This document shows, piece after piece, positions 29,481-36,877 of a DNA stretch of 64,000 bases. The stretch is taken from positions 15,644 to 79,643 of the forward strand of contig JAZTXK010000002.1 of the NCBI GenBank assembly GCA_045636385.1, given 5' to 3'. The notes beneath the pieces were generated by a model that was not told the origin of the DNA, did no database searches, and saw only the letters and a program-made list of their open reading frames with translations. The DNA is from Eubacteriales bacterium. Lineage in GTDB: Bacteria > Bacillota > Clostridia > Oscillospirales > CAG-272. How positions within the stretch are numbered: the stretch's first letter is position 1; every line of letters starts with the position of its first letter. A program made the position numbers and the translations under genes.

Positions 29481-29509
29481 AGTATACTGCAAAAGAGGAC
29501 GATTGTCAA
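29481..29509 (-). promoter_or_regulatory. sigma-A promoter of the T-box/trpB2 unit
   Basis: -35 TTGACA (complement of 29504-29509), 17-nt spacer, -10 TATACT (complement of 29481-29486). Confidence 0.7.
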
Positions 29510-29591
29510 GACCTTTTTGCAAATTTGTTCAAATTTTATACAAATATATATGATATAATTGACTCAAACAGCAAGCAAGGAGGATAAACTT

Positions 29592-30011
29592 ATGAAAAAA
29601 TGTAACGTTTGTCACTGCATCGTCGATGAAATCAGCGAATGCCCCATCTGCGGGAATACGATTACATACGAGCCGCCTTGTATGGAAGATAAGGAGCGTT
29701 TTGTTTTCAGTAAGTATTATTTTGTTTATTTGCTCAAAAACCTTTGGTTCTCCGTGCTGTGCATAATAATAAGCACCGTTGCTTTCATCTTATCTTTGCC
29801 GATAACGAGTTCACTTTTACACTATCTCTTGATCCCCGCCGCACTTATGCTTATCGCGTCATTTGTCTTCTCTTTATATAAAAGAGAACTGACCCGCCGT
29901 TTGCTTTGGAAATACTCCAAGGAATACGCCGTGGGCAGAATGCTAAGCGACAAATACTTTTATGGAATAACAGCGGTTATTATCTGTATAATAGTTGGAT
30001 TTATCAATTAA
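29592..30011 (+). CDS. small membrane protein with N-terminal zinc-ribbon (CxxC...CxxC)
   Basis: The track start (29559) is a TTG. The ATG at 29592 follows AAGGAGG. The sequence is KKCNVCHCIVDEISECPICGN followed by 3 hydrophobic helices. Confidence 0.55.
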   Translation: MKKCNVCHCIVDEISECPICGNTITYEPPCMEDKERFVFSKYYFVYLLKNLWFSVLCIIISTVAFILSLPITSSLLHYLLIPAALMLIASFVFSLYKRELTRRLLWKYSKEYAVGRMLSDKYFYGITAVIICIIVGFIN

Positions 30012-30039
30012 AAATTATAAAACCAAGAGAGGGCAGCAT

Positions 30040-30411
30040 ATGAAAAATAAACCTCTTGATATAGTTCTTCTCATTTTCAAGATCCTCATTCCGCTTCTTA
30101 TGATCGTCCCGCTTGTATTTTTTACATATCTGAGCATTATCAATCGCATCGACTATCTTGAAGCCATAAAATTATACGGTGAGCCGCCCGGGCATTACGG
30201 AATGGCGGAATTTCTGTATGCTTTACTTACCGTCTTCATAAACGCCGGCGTTTTTGTCATCACCTCGATATGCCTCCTGATCGCTCACCTGTCCAAAAGC
30301 TCGCAAAAAAGAGAAAAACACAAAAAGTATTTTGCTTGGATGCTCCTCGCACCAATCGCAGTCACCGTACTTTTCTTTATAATAATTATCTTGATATTAA
30401 ATATAGGATGA
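30040..30411 (+). CDS. small polytopic membrane protein, unknown function
   Basis: ATG at 30040 after GAGAGGG. 123 aa with about 4 hydrophobic helices. A terminator follows. Confidence 0.5.
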   Translation: MKNKPLDIVLLIFKILIPLLMIVPLVFFTYLSIINRIDYLEAIKLYGEPPGHYGMAEFLYALLTVFINAGVFVITSICLLIAHLSKSSQKREKHKKYFAWMLLAPIAVTVLFFIIIILILNIG

Positions 30412-30437
30412 CCCGAGCAGAAATTGCTCGGGTTTTT
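30411..30437 (+). terminator. intrinsic terminator after the two small membrane-protein genes
   Basis: ACCCGAGCA-GAAAT-TGCTCGGGT followed by TTTTT. Confidence 0.75.
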
Positions 30438-30524
30438 AGAAAATTCTCGTGAACATGTAGTATCCCCGTATCTTTTTCGGTTATTTATAGTGAAAGGCCT
30501 AAAAAATGAAAGGAGTCAATTAAG

Positions 30525-31079
30525 ATGGACGACAGGCAGATAATTGATCTGTATTGGGAGCGCTCCGAGGCTGCCATTTCCGAGACCGAGAAGAAATACG
30601 GAAAATACTGTCACTACATAGCTTTTAACATTTTGAGCAACAGCGAGGATGCCGAAGAGGTCGTAAACGACACCTACCTCAAGCTCTGGAATTCGATACC
30701 GCCGAAGAAACCCGATCCGCTAAAGCCTTACGCGGGCACGGTATGCCGAAACACCGCGCTCAAGCGCTACACCGAGCAGAATGCGCAGAAAAGAGGCGGC
30801 GCGGCATCGGTCATTGAGGAGCTGAACGAATGCGTCCCAGACGGATTTTCACAGAATGACATCGGCGAGAGCATCGCCTTGCGCGACGCGCTCAACCGCT
30901 TCGTCCGTTCTCTCCCCGAGAGAACACAGAAAATCTTCATCGGCAGATATTTCTATGCAAGTCCGATCGCAGATATCGCCCGCTCACATTCAAAGAGCGA
31001 AAGTTACGTCACCGTTCTTCTTCTCCGCACACGAAAGAAACTTAAACAATTTTTGCAAAAGGAGGGGCTTGACATATGA
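30525..31079 (+). CDS. ECF-type sigma-70 family RNA polymerase sigma factor
   Basis: 184 aa. Region 2 (EDAEEVVNDTYLKLW) and region 4 HTH (SPIADIARSHSKSESYVTVLLLRTRKKL). AAAGGAG RBS. Confidence 0.85.
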   Translation: MDDRQIIDLYWERSEAAISETEKKYGKYCHYIAFNILSNSEDAEEVVNDTYLKLWNSIPPKKPDPLKPYAGTVCRNTALKRYTEQNAQKRGGAASVIEELNECVPDGFSQNDIGESIALRDALNRFVRSLPERTQKIFIGRYFYASPIADIARSHSKSESYVTVLLLRTRKKLKQFLQKEGLDI

Positions 31080-31657
31080 CAGGCGAAAATATTTTCAGAG
31101 AACTCAGCGGGCTCGATCCCGAGCTTATACTCAAAGGTGCACCGAAGGAGAATAAAAAACCTAAGGCAATAAAAAAGCCGGCGCTGATCGTGGCGTGCTT
31201 CGCGCTTATCTTATTCGTAACGGCAACGCTTTCTCCAATAATAGCAGAATTAATAAATGGCGGCACGCCCGGCGAGGGAGCTGTCGTGACCCCGCATTAT
31301 GCGGACTTTGAAATATCCGTCGTGGAAAACGGACAAAAGACCAAGAAGACCGTAAACCTCTCTATGGATTACAAAATCGTGTTCAACGAATGGTTAAAGG
31401 CAAACGGTCTTGATGACAGATACACAATCATTGGAATGCGTATCATAGTTGAAGGCTTCAAGCATCCCGAGCCGCCGGCAGAATTCAGCTACGTTTACGA
31501 TAACACCTACGTTTTCTATTTCTCGAACGATATAAACGAATTTCTGAATAAGGACGAAAATCGTCCGTATCTCGAAGCATTGACCGAAACGTTAGATCAA
31601 GCGGACAAAATAATATCCGACTTTGTGGAGGCTTACCGAAAAACGATGATTCAATAA
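31076..31657 (+). CDS. putative membrane-anchored anti-sigma / sigma-associated protein
   Basis: ATGA overlap with the sigma gene. 193 aa with a short cytoplasmic N-terminus (IFRELSGLDPELI), one TM and an extracytoplasmic domain. Confidence 0.55.
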   Translation: MTGENIFRELSGLDPELILKGAPKENKKPKAIKKPALIVACFALILFVTATLSPIIAELINGGTPGEGAVVTPHYADFEISVVENGQKTKKTVNLSMDYKIVFNEWLKANGLDDRYTIIGMRIIVEGFKHPEPPAEFSYVYDNTYVFYFSNDINEFLNKDENRPYLEALTETLDQADKIISDFVEAYRKTMIQ

Positions 31658-31696
31658 GCAAAAGCTGTAGCACGTGTCAACATAGCATTCTGAATT

Positions 31697-31740
31697 AAAA
31701 AATCCCGCCATCTGATTTAACAAATGGCGGGATTTTTATA
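31697..31740. terminator. bidirectional terminator between the convergent anti-sigma and AraC genes
   Basis: ATCCCGCCAT / ATGGCGGGAT stem (31702-31733), flanked by AAAAA and TTTTTAT. Confidence 0.7.
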
Positions 31741-31741
31741 T

Positions 31742-32968
31742 TCAAAATATAACGGAAAACTTTGTGTTAACCTTTTTGAATCCGAGATCGTATGCGGTGA
31801 AGTTTCCGTGAGTCTTTGCATAATCGCCAAATTGGCTGTCTTCAAAAGGTATATATCCGCGCTCTATGACGCTGTTTGTCGCGAACATATACAGATATTC
31901 GATAGCCTTGTCGTCTGCCTCGGGGTGGCGGGTCGACTGTATGCAATTATTAAGCTTGAATCCGTGAGCAGGCTGAGGGCAATCGTAAGAAATTGCAAGC
32001 AGCTTGCCGTCCTTGAATATTCCCGCAGAAAGCTCCGCTCTTTCCGAAATCGGCTTTTTAAGACTTCTTTTCACTCCGTAAGCACCCGATTTTACAAACA
32101 CTTCATCATCGAAGTGCGAAATAAATTCTTCGAGCGCGGACAAGTCGGACATTTCAAGAAAATGAATATCATATTCTTTCGCTTCATCCGGAAGTATGAA
32201 TTTGTCGCCGAAGTACATAGCCTCGTCGCGCTCAATTATCTTTTTGAATTTTATTCCTTCAAGATTGTGCTTGATCTCATCGAGAGTTATATCGCATCCA
32301 AAGCAAAGATCAATTGCTTGCGGAGCAAGAGGCAGAAGCTTTTCTACATTTTTACGAAGCACTTTGGTATCATTCAATATCAAACCGAGGTACGGCTTTC
32401 CACCGACCGCAATATCGGCACGGACAAATCCGCCAACAGCTTCGAGCTCGGAATCGCACATAATCTTCGAATCGTTGATAGCTATTGAAGCAGCGGTATA
32501 GCCATATCTGAACGCATCCTTTTCAAGCAAAATATCAATGATCTCGTCAGCATCCTTTTCGTAGAACGCAGGAAGTGCATGGCGAAATTCTGCGCTTAAC
32601 GTTGCGTTATATCCAAAATCCGCCCAAACCAGAGGTTTATCCTTCATCTGCTCGCGGTATTCGCTCGGAGTTTTGCCGTACTGTTCTTTGAAAGCTCGGG
32701 TAAATCCCTCGTGGCTTTCATAACCGCATTCAAGAGCGACATCGAGAATATCTTTATCGGGGAAATTGCGCAACATCCTAGCCGCGCGGTTGAGTTTTCT
32801 GAATCGTGCATATTCCATAACGTTGAACCCTGTGTGAGAACGGAAGATACGGTTAAAATAGTCGACAGAAAATCCCGCGTTTTTAGCAACGTCGTCAATC
32901 GTGGTTTTGTTTGCGCCCAACTTATCAATATATTTCAGGGCATTTTTTATCAACTCATTGTTTTCCAT
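31742..32968 (-). CDS. AraC-family transcriptional regulator (N-terminal HTH, large C-terminal domain)
   Basis: The track start (32995) is a TTG. The ATG at 32968 follows AAGGAG. Contains DVAKNAGFSVDYFNRIFRSHTG...GYESHEGFTRAFKEQYGKTPSEYR. Confidence 0.8.
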   Translation of the reverse strand: MENNELIKNALKYIDKLGANKTTIDDVAKNAGFSVDYFNRIFRSHTGFNVMEYARFRKLNRAARMLRNFPDKDILDVALECGYESHEGFTRAFKEQYGKTPSEYREQMKDKPLVWADFGYNATLSAEFRHALPAFYEKDADEIIDILLEKDAFRYGYTAASIAINDSKIMCDSELEAVGGFVRADIAVGGKPYLGLILNDTKVLRKNVEKLLPLAPQAIDLCFGCDITLDEIKHNLEGIKFKKIIERDEAMYFGDKFILPDEAKEYDIHFLEMSDLSALEEFISHFDDEVFVKSGAYGVKRSLKKPISERAELSAGIFKDGKLLAISYDCPQPAHGFKLNNCIQSTRHPEADDKAIEYLYMFATNSVIERGYIPFEDSQFGDYAKTHGNFTAYDLGFKKVNTKFSVIF

Positions 32969-33073
32969 AAAACTTTTCTCCTTGTTGTTTTCCAAACACT
33001 CGGCCTCTCGTTTGTGATATCATTATACCACAGACGTTTTTATTTGTCTTGACCGAAAACGCTGAGTTTAAAA

Positions 33074-33967
33074 TCATCCACCGCTTCGCACAATTTTCCT
33101 ATACTCCGACGGCGTCATATCCGTCGCCCTTCTGAACGTGCGAATAAACGTCGAAAGTGATGAAAAACCGACGGCAAAACAGACGTCGATTATCGGTATT
33201 CCTTCGGCGATCAGCGACTTTGCTTTTGCGATACGCAGCTCGTGGATGTAGTCCATCACCGTCGTGTCGTAATACTTCTTAAAAAGCCTTGAAATATACT
33301 CACGGCTGTAAAAGAAATGCTCGGCGACCTCGCTGACCGACTCGATCTCGGCGAAATGCGCGTCAATATACTCTTTGAGTGCCAAAATATTCTCGGGCAG
33401 GCTTTCGGTATCGCCGCTGTGGCGAATGACCTTGCGGTTGAGAAGGCAGAAAATTTCGATAATATAAGCAAGTCCGAGCGCGGCATTCAGCTCGCCGCCC
33501 TTTTTCATCACCGCGCCGAGCTTTTCGGCAAGCGAGAGAAGCTCCTCACTGCTCTCGCGCGACGGCAATGAAAACAAAACGTCCTCGCCCGACTCGGTCA
33601 GAATATCCGAAAGGCAGCCGCCCACCGCATCAAAGGCATTCGGATAGAGATAGAAAACGTGCCGTCTGTAATAAGTGCTCTTCCCCTTCAGCCTCGACAT
33701 ATGAAATTTTCCGGGCGGTATTATGATAACGTCGCCGCGCTTCGGCAGATAAACACTCGATTCGCAAACGTAATTAACCTCGCCTTCGGCAAAAATAACG
33801 ACCTCGTAATAATCGTGGCTGTGCAGACTTGACGGAAAGGTGGCGGTATCGTAGTGCGTGCTTCGGCTCGAATAGCAAAGAAAATCGTTGATGAGATTGT
33901 TCTCCCAATTCACTATATCGTGCCGTCGGTCGCCCTGATTTTGAATATAATGCGAAAGTAATTTCAT
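33074..33967 (-). CDS. AraC-family transcriptional regulator (cupin N-terminus, C-terminal HTH)
   Basis: 297 aa. Contains VAEHFFYSREYISRLFKKY...GFSSLSTFIRTFRRATDMTPSEYR. Divergent from the FAD-oxidoreductase gene. Confidence 0.85.
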   Translation of the reverse strand: MKLLSHYIQNQGDRRHDIVNWENNLINDFLCYSSRSTHYDTATFPSSLHSHDYYEVVIFAEGEVNYVCESSVYLPKRGDVIIIPPGKFHMSRLKGKSTYYRRHVFYLYPNAFDAVGGCLSDILTESGEDVLFSLPSRESSEELLSLAEKLGAVMKKGGELNAALGLAYIIEIFCLLNRKVIRHSGDTESLPENILALKEYIDAHFAEIESVSEVAEHFFYSREYISRLFKKYYDTTVMDYIHELRIAKAKSLIAEGIPIIDVCFAVGFSSLSTFIRTFRRATDMTPSEYRKIVRSGG

Positions 33968-33982
33968 TATCGTTCACCTATA

Positions 33983-34077
33983 TCACAAAATGCAATTTTA
34001 ATGTCACAAATGCAATAGACATTTTATTTTGTGATGTGTATAATTATTATACACTATAATGGTGTAAAATGCAATAG
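33983..34077. promoter_or_regulatory. three direct repeats (A)AATGCAAT in the AraC / FAD-oxidoreductase divergent region; candidate AraC operator
   Basis: TCACAAAATGCAAT (33983-33996), TCACAAATGCAATAG (34004-34018), GTAAAATGCAATAG (34064-34077). In addition, ATCACAAAA (33982-33990) is inverted as TTTTGTGAT (34027-34035). Confidence 0.45.
34016..34044 (+). promoter_or_regulatory. candidate promoter of the FAD-oxidoreductase gene
   Basis: -35 TAGACA (34016-34021), 17-nt spacer, -10 TATAAT (34039-34044). It is embedded among the direct repeats. Confidence 0.5.
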
Positions 34078-34111
34078 TTAAAATAATTTTATTATATAAG
34101 GAGAAAATCCA

Positions 34112-35929
34112 ATGAGCGAAATGCTTAAAACAAATGTACATAACGTAGACGTCTGCGTTGTGGGCGGCGGTATCGGCGGTATGTTCACCGCAATTTCCGC
34201 GGCAAGAAAGGGAGCGAAGGTTGCCCTTATGCAGGACAGACCCGTTCTCGGCGGTAACTGCTCGAGCGAGATCAGAATGTGGATCTCCGGCGCGGGCACA
34301 AGAGTTCGCGATCTTCAGGAGACCGGCATCATGGAGGAGCTTCTCCTTGAAAATATGCACCGCAATCCCAAGAGAAATTTCACCATCTGGGATTCCATTC
34401 TTTACGAGTTCGTCCGCTTTGAGGACAACATCGACCTCATCCTCAACTGCACCTGCTGTGATGCAAAGATGAATGGAAACAAGGTAGAATCGATCAAGGG
34501 TTTCCAGCTCACCACCTACACCTGGCACGAGGTCAATGCCAAGATCTTCGTTGACAGCTCGGGCGACTCGATCCTCGCTCCTCTTACGGGTGCAGAGTAC
34601 CGCGTAGGCCGCGAGGCAAAGAGCGAGTTTGGCGAGGAATTCGGACTTGAGACCGCGGACAACCACACCATGGGCATGAGCCTTATGATCCAGTGCCGCG
34701 AGACCGACCATCCCGTCAGCTACACTCCACCCGCTTGGGCATACGACTTCCCCGACGACGATGCTATGAACAACAAGCCCCACAAGCTCTATGAGATGAA
34801 CACCAACTTCTACTGGATCGAGCTTGGCGGTATGCAGAACTCCATCGACGACACCGAAGAGGTTCGTGACGAACTTCTCAAGATCGCGTTCGGCGTTTGG
34901 GATCACATCAAGAACCACGGTGACCACGGCGCGGAAAATTGGGATCTCGAATGGATCGGCTTCCTCCCCGGCAAACGCGAGAGCCGCAGATATGTCGGTG
35001 ACTACATCATCACCCAGCACGACGTTGAGAACTGCCCCCGCTTTGAGGATACCGTTGCTTACGGCGGCTGGCAGATCGATAACCACCTTCCCGGCGGGTT
35101 CCATATGAACGCAAAGGGCGGCGGACACCTTCAGAAGCGCCGTCTTTCCGAGCCCTACTCCATCCCGCTTCGTGCTCTCTACTCGAAGAACATCGAAAAC
35201 CTCATGTTCGCGGGCAGAAACATCAGCGCGTCGCATATCGGCTTCAGCAGCGCGCGCGTAATGGGTACCATCGGCGTTATCGGTCAGGCTGTCGGTACTG
35301 CAGCGGCGGTTGCAACCAAGTACGATCTCACTCCCCGCGAGGTCTGCGCGCAGAAGATCAAGGAGATCCAGAAGCTCCTTATGGACGACGACTGCTTCCT
35401 CCCCGGCTTCCGCCGCGAGCCCTCCGAGCTTACCAAGAAGGCGACCCTCACCGCAGATTACGGCGATTGCTCCGCGCTCCTGAACGGTCTCGACCGCCGC
35501 ATTTGGGGCAACGACAACGGCTACTACGGCAAGACCAACAAGGCTATCACCTACACCTTCGACGAGCCCACTCATATCGGCGGCGTTCGTCTGGTATTCG
35601 ACAGCGACCTTGACCGCGAGTACACCGAGGGCAATCCCGACGGTCTCCACACCTCGATGATCCTCTTTATGGCGGCAAGCCACAACAACACCACCTTCGG
35701 CTTCCCCAAGTGCCTTATCAAGCACTACAAGATCGAGGCGCAGGACGCAAGCGGCGAGTGGAACACCGTAGTTGATGTGTTCGACAACCACCAGCGCTTC
35801 ATCAAGCACGATCTTGATATCACCGCAAAGGCGATCCGCCTCGTTCCCCTCTCGACCTACCACAGCGAGACCAAGTGCGAGGACTACGGAAGCTCGACTG
35901 CACATATCTTTAACTTCGAGCTCTATTAA
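34112..35929 (+). CDS. FAD-dependent oxidoreductase (glycan-locus type) with C-terminal beta-sandwich-like region
   Basis: 605 aa. N-terminal dinucleotide fold VCVVGGGIGGMFTAISAARKGAKVALMQDRPVLGGN. AAGGAG RBS. Confidence 0.75.
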   Translation: MSEMLKTNVHNVDVCVVGGGIGGMFTAISAARKGAKVALMQDRPVLGGNCSSEIRMWISGAGTRVRDLQETGIMEELLLENMHRNPKRNFTIWDSILYEFVRFEDNIDLILNCTCCDAKMNGNKVESIKGFQLTTYTWHEVNAKIFVDSSGDSILAPLTGAEYRVGREAKSEFGEEFGLETADNHTMGMSLMIQCRETDHPVSYTPPAWAYDFPDDDAMNNKPHKLYEMNTNFYWIELGGMQNSIDDTEEVRDELLKIAFGVWDHIKNHGDHGAENWDLEWIGFLPGKRESRRYVGDYIITQHDVENCPRFEDTVAYGGWQIDNHLPGGFHMNAKGGGHLQKRRLSEPYSIPLRALYSKNIENLMFAGRNISASHIGFSSARVMGTIGVIGQAVGTAAAVATKYDLTPREVCAQKIKEIQKLLMDDDCFLPGFRREPSELTKKATLTADYGDCSALLNGLDRRIWGNDNGYYGKTNKAITYTFDEPTHIGGVRLVFDSDLDREYTEGNPDGLHTSMILFMAASHNNTTFGFPKCLIKHYKIEAQDASGEWNTVVDVFDNHQRFIKHDLDITAKAIRLVPLSTYHSETKCEDYGSSTAHIFNFELY

Positions 35930-35955
35930 ACCAAAGACTAAAGTTTTTGAAGATT

Positions 35956-36096
35956 CTTAAGGAACTTTTTTCAAAAAGTTCCTTAAGTCGCCCTCCGCAG
36001 AGGGCGAAACTCACCTTATGCTTCCGAAACGACGGCGCCCCGCCGGCGTTTCGGACAAAAGCACAGCCTCGCGCCAAAGCGCGAGGCTGTGCTTTT
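35956..36096. repeat. array of four unrelated strong hairpins in a convergent intergenic region; the last is a bidirectional terminator
   Basis: H1 35956-35987 (15-bp arms CTTAAGGAACTTTTT). H2 35988-36007 (TCGCCCTC-CGCA-GAGGGCGA). H3 36023-36055 (TCCGAAACG...CGTTTCGGA with a nested CGGCG/CGCCG). H4 36061-36092 (14-bp arms GCACAGCCTCGCGC), flanked by AAAA and TTTT. Confidence 0.7.
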
Positions 36097-36113
36097 GTCA
36101 CTTATTAATCATT

Positions 36114-36875
36114 TTAAAACACCGGCATTATCCTCAAAATATTATTCGATAGAATCACATCCGCACCCATATCAAGATACTCCCGCGCCTTTTCGGGATC
36201 GTCGGCGTAATAGATATTGACAACGATACCCTTCGAGTGCGCGTATTCGATGATCTCGCGCGTGGGATCGCTTATCTGTATCTTTCCGATACCCATTTCA
36301 GCACATGTGTCAATGCATTTGTAAGGGTCGCTCTTGATGCAGTTAAAAGCGTAGCAACGCTCGATTTCCGGCGCGATCTTATGGAAATTATCCATATGCT
36401 CAAGGTTTATCGAGGTAATATAAACGTGCTTTTCGCATCCGTATTTGCGGATGAGCGCGGCAACCTTTTCATAATCGGGCACACCGATGGCAACGTCCCA
36501 CATCTTCATGTGGATATTCATAATCACGCTCTTGCCGAGTTTTCGAAGAACTTCCTCAAAGGTCAGAACGCGCAAGCCGCGGTATTCCTCAGAAAACTTT
36601 GCGCCGAAATCGAGCTCCAGTAGTTCTTCGTACGTATATTCATATTCAAGCCCCGTACCGTCGGAGATCTTCGCGAGCTTGCGGTCGTGCATCGAAACGA
36701 GCACGCCATCCTTGGTCGGAAGCACGTCAAGCTCGATCTCGTCCGCACCGAGTGCAATCGCCGCACCGAACGCGGGGAGCGAATTATCGGGCGCAGCAGA
36801 ACGCAAGCCTCGATGAGCGCAGACGCGTGGATAGGGATGATTTTTATCATTCTTGATTATAAGATCAAAATTCAT
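36114..36875 (-). CDS. glycerophosphodiester phosphodiesterase (GDPD family)
   Basis: 253 aa with CAHRGLRSAAPDNSLPAF...GADEIELDV...TKDGVLVSMHD. Confidence 0.85.
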   Translation of the reverse strand: MNFDLIIKNDKNHPYPRVCAHRGLRSAAPDNSLPAFGAAIALGADEIELDVLPTKDGVLVSMHDRKLAKISDGTGLEYEYTYEELLELDFGAKFSEEYRGLRVLTFEEVLRKLGKSVIMNIHMKMWDVAIGVPDYEKVAALIRKYGCEKHVYITSINLEHMDNFHKIAPEIERCYAFNCIKSDPYKCIDTCAEMGIGKIQISDPTREIIEYAHSKGIVVNIYYADDPEKAREYLDMGADVILSNNILRIMPVF

Positions 36876-36877
36876 TT

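Noticed and set aside
30440-30524. Possible ECF-type autoregulatory promoter (GTGAAC ... CGTATC) upstream of the sigma gene
   Set aside because: Only 12 nt separate AAC and CGT, against the usual 16-17 or so. Not convincing.
34004-35905. 633-aa minus-strand ORF
   Set aside because: It is antisense to and codon-aligned with the FAD-oxidoreductase gene, which has a clear GxGxxG fold and RBS. Shadow ORF.
35910-36101. 63-aa minus-strand ORF in the intergenic hairpin array
   Set aside because: It reads straight through four palindromic hairpins and has no RBS. The Arg/Ala-rich peptide is a by-product of GC-rich stems.
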